Origin: Chiloscyllium plagiosum
Taxonomy: Eukaryota
DNA: 62,237 nucleotides
Assembly (NCBI RefSeq): GCF_004010195.1
Contig: NC_057719.1
Span: forward strand, 54,966,973-55,029,209
Reading direction: 5' to 3'
Part shown: in pieces, positions 25,581 to 38,399 of the stretch
Layout: every line of letters begins with the position of its first letter
Position numbering within the stretch: position 1 is the first letter of the stretch
Notes under the pieces: generated by a model
Seen by the model: the letters and a program-made list of their open reading frames with translations, nothing else
Databases searched by the model: none
What the model was told of the DNA's origin: nothing
Position numbers and translations under genes: made by a program

Positions 25581-25817
25581 CGAAATAACGCCTAAAAAGG
25601 TCAGTACGCTGTCACTAAGTGACACTTTATTTACACCTGCAAAGTATGTGATACTGACCCAGCTTGCTTAGAGCTAGCTCCTAGAGTGAACAGAACCCCT
25701 GGCACTCCTGTTTATATCTGTCAGCCAGGATTCCCCAATTGGGCCTGTTAACCCGGTCCAATCAGGGAAATCGCATTCTATGAGGTCCACCTGGCTGACC
25801 TCATTGCAATCACTACA
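25581..25817 (-). mobile_element. Solo LTR (Gypsy-like)
   Basis: Minus strand starts TGTAGTGAT, contains TATAAA and AATAAA, ends ...gttatttcg. Flanks gaggg/ggggg. Related to 32603-32820. Confidence 0.6.
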
Positions 25818-25849
25818 GGGGGTTTTGTGTAGAAGGTCCTAGAGACATT

Positions 25850-27737
25850 TGTGGCTAAATGCCAAAATATGCTGAGAGTGTCTTGGTCATATGCAGATTC
25901 ACTGCCCTGACTTGGAACTGACAAGAGTTGAGGATAGCAGGAAGAGTTGAGACAGAGGGACCTCTACCTTTGCTGTGTCCTGAGAGGAGACATTTTTGAA
26001 GAGGACCGTACATGGTTCCTTCTCCAGTTCTGTGCTTGCTGGCCCCACCCAGTTACCTTATCATTGGCATTGACCAACAATGAGCTGAAACAAGTCTGAG
26101 CGCATATTTGACTATTAATGAGTGTTTTGCTGACCTGGCCTTCCAGATGCACTGCCAACCAGTCCATGGAGACATCCAGATGCATTTTGGAGACAGTGCA
26201 ATACAGATAGTGTTAGCAGACTCCTTTGAACTTTGATCCAGTGTCCCCTAGTGGGAAACTGAGAAATCTGCCTGATGCCCCTGTCAGTTTGTGTATGTTG
26301 ACAAAGCTATTAATGGCAGAGAACCTGAGGTCCTCAATAGCCTGGTGCAATTCTCTGAGTTCCAGCAGCCTGGGAGATTTTTTTCCCACAACTAGCCGCA
26401 AGATCTGTCAATGTTGTGCCCATCAGATTGTGCTCCTGAATCTAACAGTAGCCAGCAGTTTCTGAGCTAGTAAGAGTGCAGGAGACAGTCTTGCTGGTGC
26501 TTTCTGAGTGACCTCTGGCTTTTTCCTTGAAAGTGGAGGAGGAGCTCACATCCAAAAGGTCTGGTCTCTTCATGGTGATGGTTGTGTGGATACAGCTGAT
26601 GTCTGCAGGAGACTTGAGAGGAAGTGAGTTGTGGAAAAAGACTAGTTAAGTTCACATTGTCAGTGCTGATAATAGGAGAGCAGATCAGGAATGTATTTGA
26701 CAATAAGACTAATTACGTACCAAGGTAGGAAGCTCTCGGCATCACAACATGAGTTAAGGCAAGATTTCTCCACTAGTAGGGGATGAGAAGATGAATATTG
26801 GGCACTCCACCTCCTATCTTGGTCCTTTCTACCCTAGAGGGCTGCTTTGTCCTGGAATGAGGCAAAAGGAAGTTTGAGAGAGCTGAAAGTGGATGGTTCT
26901 GCTGTTAGTGTGAGTGTAAATGGAGGATAGGAAGTGAGAAAGCGTTCTGAGTGTGTAGGAAGCATAGATGGCACACAGGGATGGTAGTCTGGGAGTAAAC
27001 AAACAGGAGGCTGGAAGGACACAGCAAGCCAGGCAGTGTCAGGCGGTGGAGAAGTCAACGTTTCAGGTATTAACCCGAGAGCAATTGAGGGAAGATGTTG
27101 CAGGCAATGGTGGGAGTTGTATGCCATGAGCCTTGGTGCAATCATAGAGTTAGAGAGTGTGAGGTTGCAGAGAGAATGTCGTGGTACTTACCCTTGTGGG
27201 ATGTGAAAGTTCCTTATCCTTCTTTCTGCATAGTTGGACATCGCTCTGGACCATGGTGATACACTGGAACGTGTAATCACTTCAGACCATCCTAGTAGGG
27301 TTTTTCCAGTGATCACCTTTGGCAGTTCTGAGGAAAAATGATACCCCTTATCTTCACCACTTTGTCCAACAGGACATTCGGGTCCCTGTCAGTAAAGCTG
27401 GGTGTCAACTTGCATCTATTAGCTATCTCTGGGCCAGTTCTTCGCACACTGCATCTGGGAAGGGCAATTTCTGACTTGTAATGCTTGACCTGGTATAACA
27501 CAGAGTTTTAAATATGGCATTAGCAGTGAGAAAACAGAAAGATCCTGACAGGGATAAGCTCTTCCAGCAGTGGTGAGTGCAAGGTGGCATTTTGGAGACT
27601 CTGTGGAAGTGTGCTGCTTACTTAATGAGGTGAGCACCGTGAATTGTGGAAGAAAACACTCTGGAGCTCATGGGGATATAAACCTCAATGAGATTCCATG
27701 AAACTGACCCTGAGCCAAATTTTGGAAAAATTCAGCC
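25850..27737 (-). mobile_element. Harbinger fossil: TIR end and spliced Myb/SANT-like gene
   Basis: GGCTGAATTTTTC end near 27725-27737. 'PSFTDRDPNVLLDKVVKIRGIIFPQ...GWSEVI...QLCRKK' ends at a gtaagt donor (~27191). Downstream region is homologous to 11150-11450. Confidence 0.7.
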
Positions 27738-28023
27738 TATTGCTCCTGAGAGCAAAAAAACCCTCCCGCCAACTAACTTGCTAGTGTCCTGTGAAGTTTC
27801 AATTGCTTTTTACTCAATTTCTGCAGTTCTTCTACATTCCACTCCCAGATAAGAAATAAACTGACTTATCCCTATTCCCTATCTCTCCCCCAATGTTTAT
27901 GATGCTGCTGTCACTGCTCCTTCTCTCTCACTCTTCCATGATGTTTATGAAGCTATTATCCCCTGCTCTGCTGAGATGTTTATAGAGTTACTGTTTTCAT
28001 TCTCTCTCACTCAGGCCGGGGTT

Positions 28024-30250
28024 ATAGAAACTAGGAGCAGATGTAGGCCATTCAGCTCTTTGTACCTGCCCTGCCAGTCAGCATGAACCTGGCTGATCCT
28101 CAATCTCAATGTCATATTCTTGCTTTCTCCTTCTACCCCTTCATGACTTCAGTGTCTAAACAGTTATCAATATCTTTCTTGAATATATAAAATTACCCAT
28201 CTTCCTCAGCCTTCTGCGGTCGTGAATTCCACAAGTTGACTAACCTCTGAGAGAAGAAATGTTTTCTCATCTCAGCCCTAAATGACCTACCCCGTATCCT
28301 AAAACAGCGACCCCGGTTCATGACTCCCAAGGGGGATCATCGCCTCTGAATCTCATCTATCCAGCCTGTGAGAATTTTATACATTTCAATTGTATCCCTT
28401 CTCATTCTTTCTAAATTCTAGTGAACAGAGGCCCAGTCAAACCAATCTTCCCTCAGAGGACGGTTCTACCAACGTTAATTTCAGCCTAATGTACCTTCTC
28501 TATAACAAGTACAGGGGAACCTCGATTATCTGAAAGTGTTGAGCGGGCACTATTTCAATCAGATAATCGATTATTCGGTAAATCGATTAAGTGCTTTTCC
28601 TTTGGAGCTCGGAATTTTTAAAGTCTGCTCCTCGTTCAGGAGACTAGCAGCAGCACATAGTGCGAGGCCCCACCCACCATTACCCTAACACCTCTCAAGA
28701 CCACCCCATCCCCAACACCTCCCCCTGCACACCCANNNNNNNNNNNNNNNNNNNNNNNNNNNNNNNNNNNNNNNNNNNNNNNNNNNNNCCAACACCGATC
28801 CCCTGCCCCCAACAGCATCAAACACCGCCCACCCCCACCTGCCCCCAACCCCATCTGCCCCTGCCCCTGTCTGGGGCAGCCGGACCATACGGCAACAATA
28901 AGATTGCTGATGCTGCTGCCTTGTGGGGTAAGTCTCCAAATAGCACGCGCACACACACGCACCTTTTTACTGTAACTTTTTGACACGTTCCATCTTTGCT
29001 CTGTACTGGACTATGTTGGAGACATTATCTAGGGACTGGGGGGAGGGTTGTGGTTTAGGGTACACGCCTATCTAGAACTCCAAAAAAGAGCAGGGACAGA
29101 GAGAGGGTGGGCAGACAGTGCCTGTTTAATCACTGTAAACGGAAGACGCAATCACTGTTTTGAAAACACGTCTTTGATGGAATGTTTCCATCGGGACTTC
29201 GAGATCTCCTTCGGATAATCCGAATTTCGGATAATTGGTATTTGGATAATCGAGGTTCCTCTGTATATCCTTTCTTAGACAGGGAGATTAAAACTGCATG
29301 CAAAACTCCAGGTGTGCCTATACCAAGGTCTGTATAACTGCAGTAAGACATCCTTAATTCAGAATTCAAATCATCTTACAATGAAGGCCACTGTACCATT
29401 TGCCTTTCCAATTGCTTGCTGCATCGACCTGTCTACTTTCACTGCCATACAAAGATACCCTTTGTACATCCACATTTCCCAATATATTATCTAAAAGTAA
29501 ATCTTGATTTCTACTTTTCACACTAAAGTGTAAAAGTTCACACTTAGTCACGTTGAAGTGCACTCACCAGATGTTTTCTTATTCACTCAACTTGTTTAAA
29601 AAATCTTGAAGCCTTGTTGCATCTTACTTACAACTGCCACAGACACCCAGTTTTGTGTCATCAGCAAATTTGGAAATATTTTGTCACATGTATATCAGGA
29701 CTAGCTGGGACCCAAGCATTGATCCTTATGGTACCCTACGAGGAACTGCCTGCTTCTTGATAAAAGGACCTTTATTCCCATTCTTTGTTTTCAGTCTGTC
29801 AACCTTTCTTGATCCTTGACAATATATTACCCCTTTCCCATGCACTTCACTGTGTCCACTAATCTCTTATGAGGGACCTTATCAAAAACTTTCTGAAAAT
29901 CCAAATGCATGACATCTACTAGTTTTGCTTTATCTATTCTGCTTATTACATCCTTTATTAAGTATAATTGCATTCCATTAACCCATGCTGCCTTTGTCCA
30001 ATCCTGATGATGTTTTCCATTTTTTTTTAAAAATCATGTATTTTGGAATGCACACTAGCATTTTGCCACTGCCAATGTTAGGCTAACCAGCCTATAATTC
30101 TCTGTGTTTCCACGTCCTCTTTTTTTAAATAGTGGGACTATATTTGCCACCCTCCAATCTGAAGGAATTGCTCCAGAAAAATGACTATCAATGCACCAAA
30201 TATTTCTAGTATATTCAATTCTTCGGCCATTTCTTTGTTCCTCATTATAA
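28024..30250 (-). mobile_element. Older CR1 LINE, interrupted by a MITE
   Basis: 3' end atagaaactaggagcagatgtaggccattcag. ORF remnants 'MHFNVTKCELLHF' and reverse complement of KFADDTK at ~29650-29670. Confidence 0.85.
28512..29263. mobile_element. Tigger/pogo-type MITE
   Basis: TIRs CAGGGGAACCTCGATTATC / GATAATCGAGGTTCCTCTG, TA TSD (28510-28511, 29264-29265), repeated ggataatc subterminal motifs. Contains an N gap. Confidence 0.9.
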
Positions 30251-31549
30251 TATCCCCAGCTTCTGACTGTAACTGATATACTTTTGTCTTTACTTATGAA
30301 GTTGCTGTCTCTGTGTGTTCTTGCATGCTCTCACTCTTGTGCTCACATTCATGTCCTCTCTTTCACATTACGTTTATGAAACTGCTCATTTTTTGGCTTA
30401 ATTGCTGCAATCTTGGTTGTCTCACTTAGATGTCTAGCAACTTACTTCCCTGAAGAACTGCACATATAGTAAGACATGCCAGAGTGGAAGAAAAAATGGA
30501 TGTTCAGGGTGGAGTCATGAACATGGAGTAGCCTGATACTAGCAAGGCAGAAGATGATAAAGTGATACACTATTTGCTGAAGAGGAGAATATGCAGAAAA
30601 TTGAAAGCAAGCATGCGGATCCTATAATGGAGCAAGAACAATTCAACATAGATTTGCAAGCACAATGGGAATAGTTGTGTTCACCTGAGGATATGGGTCA
30701 TGTTGTTCTGAGTGACGTGATATATGTGAAACTTGGAGCGCAACTGAGAGATCATTTTCAGAAGCTGGACCATAACATGGATTATATTTCAATGATTATA
30801 GAGGAGAATGAAGACAAGCAGATGATCATGAGGAAACAGAAGAAAAATATAGATTTAGAGACAGAAAATCAGGTTGTTAACAACAAATTTGCCAAATTTC
30901 TATTCTGTCCAACTTGCTACCAGTTGGTATGTTGTAACTGATGTAATCACAGTTGAAAAAAAATGGCATTATTATTTATAGTATTATGTGGAACAAAATC
31001 TCTCCACTTCCAGTCAAATTAATTTGCAATTTTTACACTTTCCCAACTCTGTGGAGAGCAAAAGCCACAAGAAAAGCAATTGTGAATGTTTGAATATATT
31101 TCAATGGTCAATTATAAACTTCTATGTTTTTGAAGTGCATTGAATAAAATGCTGAGGGAGACCAAGGAAGAAAAGGTCAAAGTGACGTCTTGCAGAAAAG
31201 AACATAGCTGCCTGAAGTGGTTAAGTCAGTTCAGGACAGGCAATGACAGAGCGAATCTATTCAGCCCCGTTTTCATGGCTGAGATGACAGCAAAGAATTT
31301 ATTAGTAGAAGCTGCAGCAGTGGCAATGCACGACAATCTGTGCCTTTACCAGTGGGATCCATGTACAGCACATTGTTGGTGTCCTTTAAATTACTCTAGT
31401 GCTTTAGACTGCTGGAGTAACATTATTTAACTGCAACACAATAGTAATGAAACACTGCTGCACATTTTTCATATTTAATAAAAAAAAGTACTGTATGGTT
31501 CCATTCTGTCACTTCCAATTTTATTCTAAATAGCTTCCAATTTTTGTAA

Positions 31550-32600
31550 TACTTGTATTGAAACCATCCTTGCAATCACTCCCTTGTTCTCTGTGCATTT
31601 TAAATAATATAGAACTTAGTGCTGGAGTTACCTGGGGTCTTGGCTTATGGAAAGCACCAGCCATTATTTTAGTATCAACTAGCTGGTATAAAAGCAGTTA
31701 GATTAAACATTTATGGTTTGATGTAATTTATTTGTGTTTAATGAGCTTCACAACCATTTAGAGTGGCACTGAATATAGATTTCTTTATCTCTCATCTTTA
31801 TTGTTAATCCCTTTGTCAGTCTCTCCAACAATCTCTTCATATTCATTGATCCTACACAATCTTATGGAATTTGCTTTACTTCCAACAGTATCCATTGCAA
31901 GCGTATGTACTATGAGAGTCCACAAATTCACTCTTTGTGGATTAGATTTGATGGATCAAATGATGTATAAAATGTTGTTCTATCCAACTTAGTTTTGCTC
32001 AGCTTTGAAGGTGGTTGCTGTTAATATTTGTGCAATATTGCGATGAATTCAGTAGGAAATCACTTCCAAGCCACATCTACAAGGATGCAGTTTGATACCA
32101 CTTTCATCCTAGTCCTTGCTTTCATACAACTTACCTACAGGGTAAAGCTGCAAATAGAAGAATCACTTTTCTCTCTGCACAGGTTGCTACAATTTTCTGT
32201 CAACTGTTTTTCAATGTATAGTCTGCTTTCCTTATCCATCAAGCAAAGTAACACTTGAAATTCAATTTCTGTTTAGGTCTGTCAGTTATTTATCAGACAA
32301 AAGTTTAATCCTTTTTATAGGTTTGGTGTTTCCTGATCAGCATTTACTAAGCACAGAATTGGTCCCATTGGAAGCTACTATTTCCTGTCAAAAACATGTT
32401 GGGAGTAGCAGAAAGTCAGTAAAACTTGTATTCCGATGAGATCTCACAAAGGCTTTCTCAAAAAACCCTGTGTTTCCATTTGAAGCTTCCAATACACTTA
32501 TATATTTTATAAAATAAAGTGACTAATAATGTATTCAGTACTGCTGTCCTACCAATGTCCTAAAAACTGGGGCATGACCTCACCTTTTTTAAGAACAATT
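31550..32600 (-). pseudogene. Possible decayed TRIM gene, copy G
   Basis: 'RSCP', 'LCEISSEYKFY*', 'TYKKD', 'EIEFQVLLCLMDKESRLYIEK' then gtaagt (~32135); 'SFDP..NPQ', 'EEIVGETD'. Confidence 0.35.
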
Positions 32601-32602
32601 GC

Positions 32603-32820
32603 TGAAATAACTGCACAGGGGTTGGTATCCTGTTGTCAAGTCACCCTTTTATTTACACGTGCACAGTACATGGGGTCTGACCAGCCCGCTCAGAGCCAGT
32701 CCCGAGAATGAGATGATGCTCTGAATCTCCTGTTTATATCTGTCAGCCAGAGCCTAGGTTAACAACCCTAATCAACAATCTCACCGTCAATGAGATCTAT
32801 CTGGCCTTATTTCAATCACA
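32603..32820 (-). mobile_element. Solo LTR (Gypsy-like), diverged relative of 25581-25817
   Basis: Shares tgaaataac..., tttatttacac and ctcctgtttatatctgtcagccag. Confidence 0.55.
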
Positions 32821-33075
32821 CCAAATACCTTTGCAATAAACTTTATATAACATTCCATTTGCTTTCCAAATTAGTTGCAGTACTTGCAACAGACCTTTTG
32901 CAATTCATGTGGGAGGGAACTCAGGATCCTTTGCTCCTCGGAGCTCGTAACTTCTTAACATTCAGGTAGTATGGTCTTTTTTTATCCTTCCTGACAAAAT
33001 GGACATGTTCACATTTCCCACACTATTCCATTGGCCAGATTCTCCCCCAGATTCAACCTATATACATATTTTGGA

Positions 33076-33213
33076 GTTAAAAATCACACCTGATGAAGGA
33101 GCGACGCTCCGAAAGCTAGTGTGCTTCAAATTAAACCTGTTGAACTATAACCTGGTGTTGTGTGATTTTTAACTTTGTACACCCCAGTCCAACACCGGCA
33201 TCTCCGAATCATG
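33076..33213 (+). mobile_element. Penelope-like family 1 mini-copy
   Basis: Short inverted gttaaaaatcacac, then hammerhead, then tail. Perfect 12-bp TSD acatattttgga (33064-33075, 33214-33225). Confidence 0.9.
33085..33123 (+). ncRNA. Minimal type I hammerhead ribozyme motif
   Basis: cacac-CUGAUGA-A-GGAGC(gac)GCUCC-GAAA-GCUA-gugug: 5-bp helix I, 5-bp helix II, palindromic AGCU helix III. Confidence 0.8.
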
Positions 33214-33564
33214 ACATATTTTGGAAGTCTCCTTACATCCTCTTCACCTAAGCGACCAGTTGTCTCATTCTTTCAGCAAATTTAGCAACTATGCCTTCAC
33301 CCAAGTCATCCATTTCATTTATATAAATTGTAACAAGTCAACCATGCTGCTTGTGGAATATCATTCCTTGCATCATATCAACCAGAAAATGGCCCATTTA
33401 TGACAATACTTTCAACTGGTGAATCTTCGACCCATGCTATTCTGTTATCTTATACATCCAGACCTTTTATTTTCTGCAGTAACCTTTGATGGAACACCTT
33501 TAACAAATTTCTTCTGGAAATACATCCACTAGTCCCCTTCTATCCATAGAAAATGTTACTCAGA

Positions 33565-34420
33565 GTTATAGAGTCACACAGCATAGAAACACCAAGTCAG
33601 TACTGAGCAACAAATGCAAAACTACCTTAGTCCCTTTTATCTGACTTGGTCCATTGCCAGTGCAGAATAAGCGTTTGAAGTGCTAGTCCAGATGCTTTTG
33701 AAATGTTAAATGCCTACACCATCCTTTCAGGCATTTCACATTTCCACCAGCCACTTGGTGAAAAGAAATCCTCAGTTCCCCTCTAAACCACTTACTCCTC
33801 ACCTTAAACTTATTCCCTCTGGTCTTAGATATGTGGGAAAGAATTCTTATGATTTGACCTACCTATTGCTTCTTATAATTTTGTATAGCTTAATTAGATG
33901 CCCACCTCACACTCTTCTGGTCCATGGAGAACAAGCCCAGTCAGTACTCAATACTGAGACTTTTCATCTCAGGCAACACCCTGATGAATCCTCTTTGCAC
34001 CCTCTGCAGTACAATCACATCAGTCTGATGGTGCAACAATCAGATCTGGACACAATATTCCATCTGTGGCCTAACCAATGTTTTATGAAGTTGGAAAAAG
34101 ACTTTCTTGCTGCCACGTTCTTTGCCCCAAATAATGAAGCCAAACATTCTGTGTTCTTCCTTCACCAGTCTGTCTGCTTGTGCTAACACCTTCAGTGATC
34201 TATGGACATGTACACCCTATATTCCTCAGTACTCGCTAGGAACTTGCCATTCATTTTGTATATCCTTCACAAAATGCATCATCTCCCATTTATCAGGAAT
34301 ATATTCCATCTGTCATTGCTGTATCCAATTTACCAGCTGATCAACACTGAACTGTAGCCGGAGATCATCTTCCCCACTATCAGCAACAACACCAATTTTC
34401 ATGACATCTGCAAACTTACT
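33565..34420 (-). mobile_element. Older CR1 LINE fragment
   Basis: (agagtcat)-type tail, CR1 ORF2 3' sequence, reverse complement of KFADVMK at ~34400. Confidence 0.75.
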
Positions 34421-34424
34421 TAAA

Positions 34425-35040
34425 GTAATAGAGATGTACAGCATCAGATAATCTCTAACCTAATCTTGTCCCATTTGCCAGCACTTAGCTCATCTCCCTC
34501 TAAAGCCTTCCTATTCATATATTCATCCAGATGCCTCTTAAATGTTGCTATCATGCCAGCTTCCACTATTTCCTCTGGCAGCTCATTCCAATAACACATA
34601 ACCTTTTGAATGAAAAAGTTGCCTCTTAGGTCCCTTTTTTTCCCACACTCACCCTAAACCTATGCCTTTTAGTTCTGACTCCCCTACACCAGGGAACAGA
34701 CCTTGCATATTTATTCTATCCATGCCCCTCATGATTTTATAAACCTTTATAAGGTCACCCCTCAGCCTCCCACACTCCAGGGAAAACAGCCCTAGCCTAT
34801 TCAGCCTTGTCCTATAGCTCAAATCCTCCAACCCTGTTAACATCCTTGTAAATCTTTTCTGAACCCTTTTTAAGTTTCACAATATCCTTCCTGGAGGAGG
34901 GAGACTAGAATTGCACATAATATTCCAAAAGTGGCCTAACCAATGTCTTGTACAACTTCAACATGACCTCTCAACTCTTATACTCAATGCTCTGACCAAT
35001 AAAGGAAAGAATACCAAATGCCTTCTTCACTATTCTATCT
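34425..35040 (-). mobile_element. CR1 LINE 3' fragment
   Basis: ORF 'GLEDLSYRTRLNRLGLFSLECGRLRGDLIKVYKIMRG'. Confidence 0.9.
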
Positions 35041-35368
35041 CCACTTTGTTCATATAGCTTCCACATTCACATCCAGGTTGTTCATGTACACAACAAACAG
35101 CAAGGATTTTCCATAATCCTGTTTGCCTAATGTATTTTGTGGCCCCTATTTATCCTTCTAATTCCTTTTTTTAAGTAACTTCCTGCACTTTATATACCCC
35201 TAAAGGGCCTTCCCTGCTTTTAATGCTCTGTATCTAACAGGTGTTTCCTTCTTTTTCTTCATCCAAGGTTCCCTAGACTTGCTGCCTTTGTCCTTCATTC
35301 TTCGTGGAACATGTTGGCCCTGAATTCTCACTACAGTACTTCTAAAATGTAGACTTTCCAAATGTAGC

Positions 35369-35474
35369 CATGATGTGGAGCTGCCGGTGTTGGACTGGGG
35401 TGGACAGGTCTATTTGGAAGCACTATCATCAATATAAACTAGACTATAAACTGGTGTTGTATGATTTTTAACTT
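35369..35474. mobile_element. Penelope-like family 1 rearranged mini-copy
   Basis: Tail on the minus strand plus an inverted pLTR piece. TSD tttccaaat(g/t)tag at 35355-35367 and 35475-35487. Confidence 0.7.
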
Positions 35475-35522
35475 TTTCCAAATTTAGACATACTTCCAAG
35501 TAGCAACTCACAGTCTACTTAG

Positions 35523-38390
35523 AACATAGAATGTAGAATGATACAATGCAAAACAAGCCCTTTGGCCCTCAATGTTGCGCCGATCTGTGAACTAACCTAA
35601 GCCCATCCTCTTACACTATCCCATCATCCACCATGTGCTTATGCAAAAATTGTTTAAATCTCCCTAATGCGGCTGAGTTAAATAGATTGGCAGGCAGAGC
35701 ATTCCATGCCCTTACCATGCACTGAGTAAAGAACCTGCCTCTGACATCTGTCTTAAATCTAACGCCCTTCAATTTGTAGCCAAGCCCCCTTGTACAAGCT
35801 GACGTCATCATCCTAGGAAAAAGACTTTCACTTTCTACCCTATCTAATCCTCTGATCATCTTGTATGTCTCTATCAAATCCCATCTTAGCCTTCTTCTTT
35901 CCAATGAGAACAAGCCCAAGTCTCTCAGTCTTTCCTCATAAGACCTTCCGTCTATACCAGGCAACATCCTGTTAAATCTCCTCTGCACCTTTTCCAGTGC
36001 TTCCACATCCTTCCTGTAATGGGGTTAAAAGAACTGTACACAATATTCCAGGTGTGGCCACACTAGCATTTTGTACACTTGCAGCACGACATTACAGCTC
36101 CGGAACTCAATCCGTCTATCAATGAATCCTAACACACCGTGTGCCTTCTTAACAGCACTATCAACCTGGGTGGCTACTTTCAGGGACCTATGTACATGGA
36201 CTCCAAGATCCTTCTGCACATCCTCACTACCAAGAATCTTTCCATTGACCCAGTATTCTGCCTTCCTGTTATTCTTCCCAAAGTGAATCACTTCACATTT
36301 AGCTGCATTGAACTCCATTTGCCACCTCTCAGCCCAATTCTGCAGTTTATCCAAGTCCCCCTACAACCTGCAACATTCTTCCACAGTGTCCACTACTCCA
36401 CTGACTTCAGTGTCATCTGCAAACTTACTAATCCATCCACCTATGCTTGTATCAAAGTCATTTATAAAAATGACAAACAGCAATGGTCCCAAAACAGATC
36501 CTTGTGACACACCACTAGTAACCGGACTCCAGACTGAATACTTTACATCCAGTACCACTTGTTGCCTTCTTATAGAAAGCCAGTTTCTAATCCAAACTGT
36601 TAAATCACCCTAAATCCCATGCCTCTGCATTTTCTCCAACAGGCTACCACATGGAGCTTATCAAAGGCTTTATTGAAGTCCATGTACACCACGTCAACTG
36701 CCCTACCCTCATCTACATGTTTGGTCATTTTCTCAAAAAACTCAGTTAGGTTTGTTGAGACATGACCTGCTCTTGACGAAACAAGGTTGACTATCTGCAA
36801 TCAAATTGTTGCTTGCTAGATGATTATTAATCCTATCTCTTATAATCCTTTCCAAAACTTTTCCTACAACAGAGGTAAGGCTCACTGGTCTATAATTACC
36901 TGTGCTGAAAATGTGTTGCTGGAACAGTGCAGCAGGTCAGGCAGCATCCAGGGAACAGGAGAATCGACATTTCGGACATAAGCCCCTCTTCAGGAATGAG
37001 GAAAGTGTGTCCAGCAGGCTAAGATAAAAGGTAGGGAGGAGGGACTTGGGGGAGGGGTGTTGGAAATGCGATAGGTGGAAAGAGGTCAAGTTGAGGGTGA
37101 TAGGTCAGAGTGGGGTGGGGGCGGAGAGGTCAGGAAGAAGATTGCAGGTTAGGAAGGCGGTGTCGAGGCAAGTCTACTGCCCTCTTTGAACAAGGGCACA
37201 ACATTTGCAATCCTCCAGTCCTCTGGTACTAAACCTATAGACAATGACGACTCAAATATCAATGCTAAAGGCTCCAACACCTCCTCCCATAGCCTCCCAG
37301 AGAATCCTTGGATAAATTCCATCTCGCCCAGGGGACTTGTCTACTTTCACTCCTTCGAGAATTGATAACACCTCTTCTTTGCTAACCTTGATTCTTTCTA
37401 GTCTAATATCTCATATCTCATTCTTCTCCTCTGCAATGTTCTCCTTTTCCTGAGTGAAAACTGATGAGAAATGTTTGTTTAGCACCTCTCCAATCTCCAC
37501 AGGATCCACACACAATTTCCCACTTCTGTCTTTGACTGGCCCTATTCCTACCCTACTCATCCTTTTATTCCTCACATACCTATAGAAAGCTTTAGGATTC
37601 TCATTAATTCTACCTGCTGAAGACTGCTCATGTCCTCTCTTTGCTCTTCTTAACTCTCTCTTTAAATCTTTCCTAACTAATCTGTAACTCTCCATCGCCT
37701 CATCTGAACTATCTCATCTCATCATCTGCTTAACTGGAGATGCAATTTCTGTAGTAAACCATGGTTCCTTTACCTTATCACTTCCTCCCTGCCTGACAGG
37801 GACATACTTATCAAGGACACACAATATCTGTTCCTTAAACCAGCTCAACATTTCGATTGTCCCCATTCCCTGCATTTTGCTACCCCATTCTATGCGTCCT
37901 AGGCCTTGCCTAATCACATTATAATTGCCCTTGCCCCATCAATAACTCTTGCCCTGTGGCATATACCTATCCCTTTCCATCACTGAACTAAACGTCATTG
38001 AATTATGGTCACTCTCCCCAAAGTGCTCGCCTATCACTAAAGCAAACTTCTGGCCTGGTTCATTACCAAGAACCAGATCCAATGTGGCCTCCCCTCTTGT
38101 CAGCCCTTTGACATACTGTTTCAGGAAACCCTCCTGCACACATTGAACAAAAATTGATCCATCCGATAGACTAGAGTTATAGTCTAGTCAATGTTGGGGA
38201 AGTTAAAATCCCCCATAATGACCACCCTGTTCCTTTCACTCCAACCAGAATCATCTTGCCAATCCTTTCCTCCACATCCCTGGAACTTTGCGGAGGCCTA
38301 TGAAAAACTCCCAGCAGTGTGATCTCTCCTCTCCTGTTTCTAATCCCAGCCTATTTTACCTCAGTGGACGAGTCCTCGTCCTTCTTCTCA
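35523..38390 (-). mobile_element. CR1 LINE ORF2 (part of endonuclease plus RT), disrupted
   Basis: ORFs 'SGVSQGSVLGPLLFVIFIND..SKFADDT', 'VDVVYMDFNKAFDK', 'LDLVLGNEPGQ..ESDHNS', 'HLEYCVQF'. Confidence 0.95.
36904..37160 (-). mobile_element. Penelope-like family 2 pLTR fragment inserted in CR1
   Basis: Near-identical to 40253-40449; hammerhead core is mutated. Confidence 0.85.
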
Positions 38391-38399
38391 GAACTCTAA

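Noticed and set aside
25581..32820. Two same-orientation LTRs as ends of one 7-kb LTR retrotransposon
   Set aside because: The LTRs are substantially diverged, I saw no gag or pol between them, and the first has its own candidate TSD. Two solo LTRs fit better.
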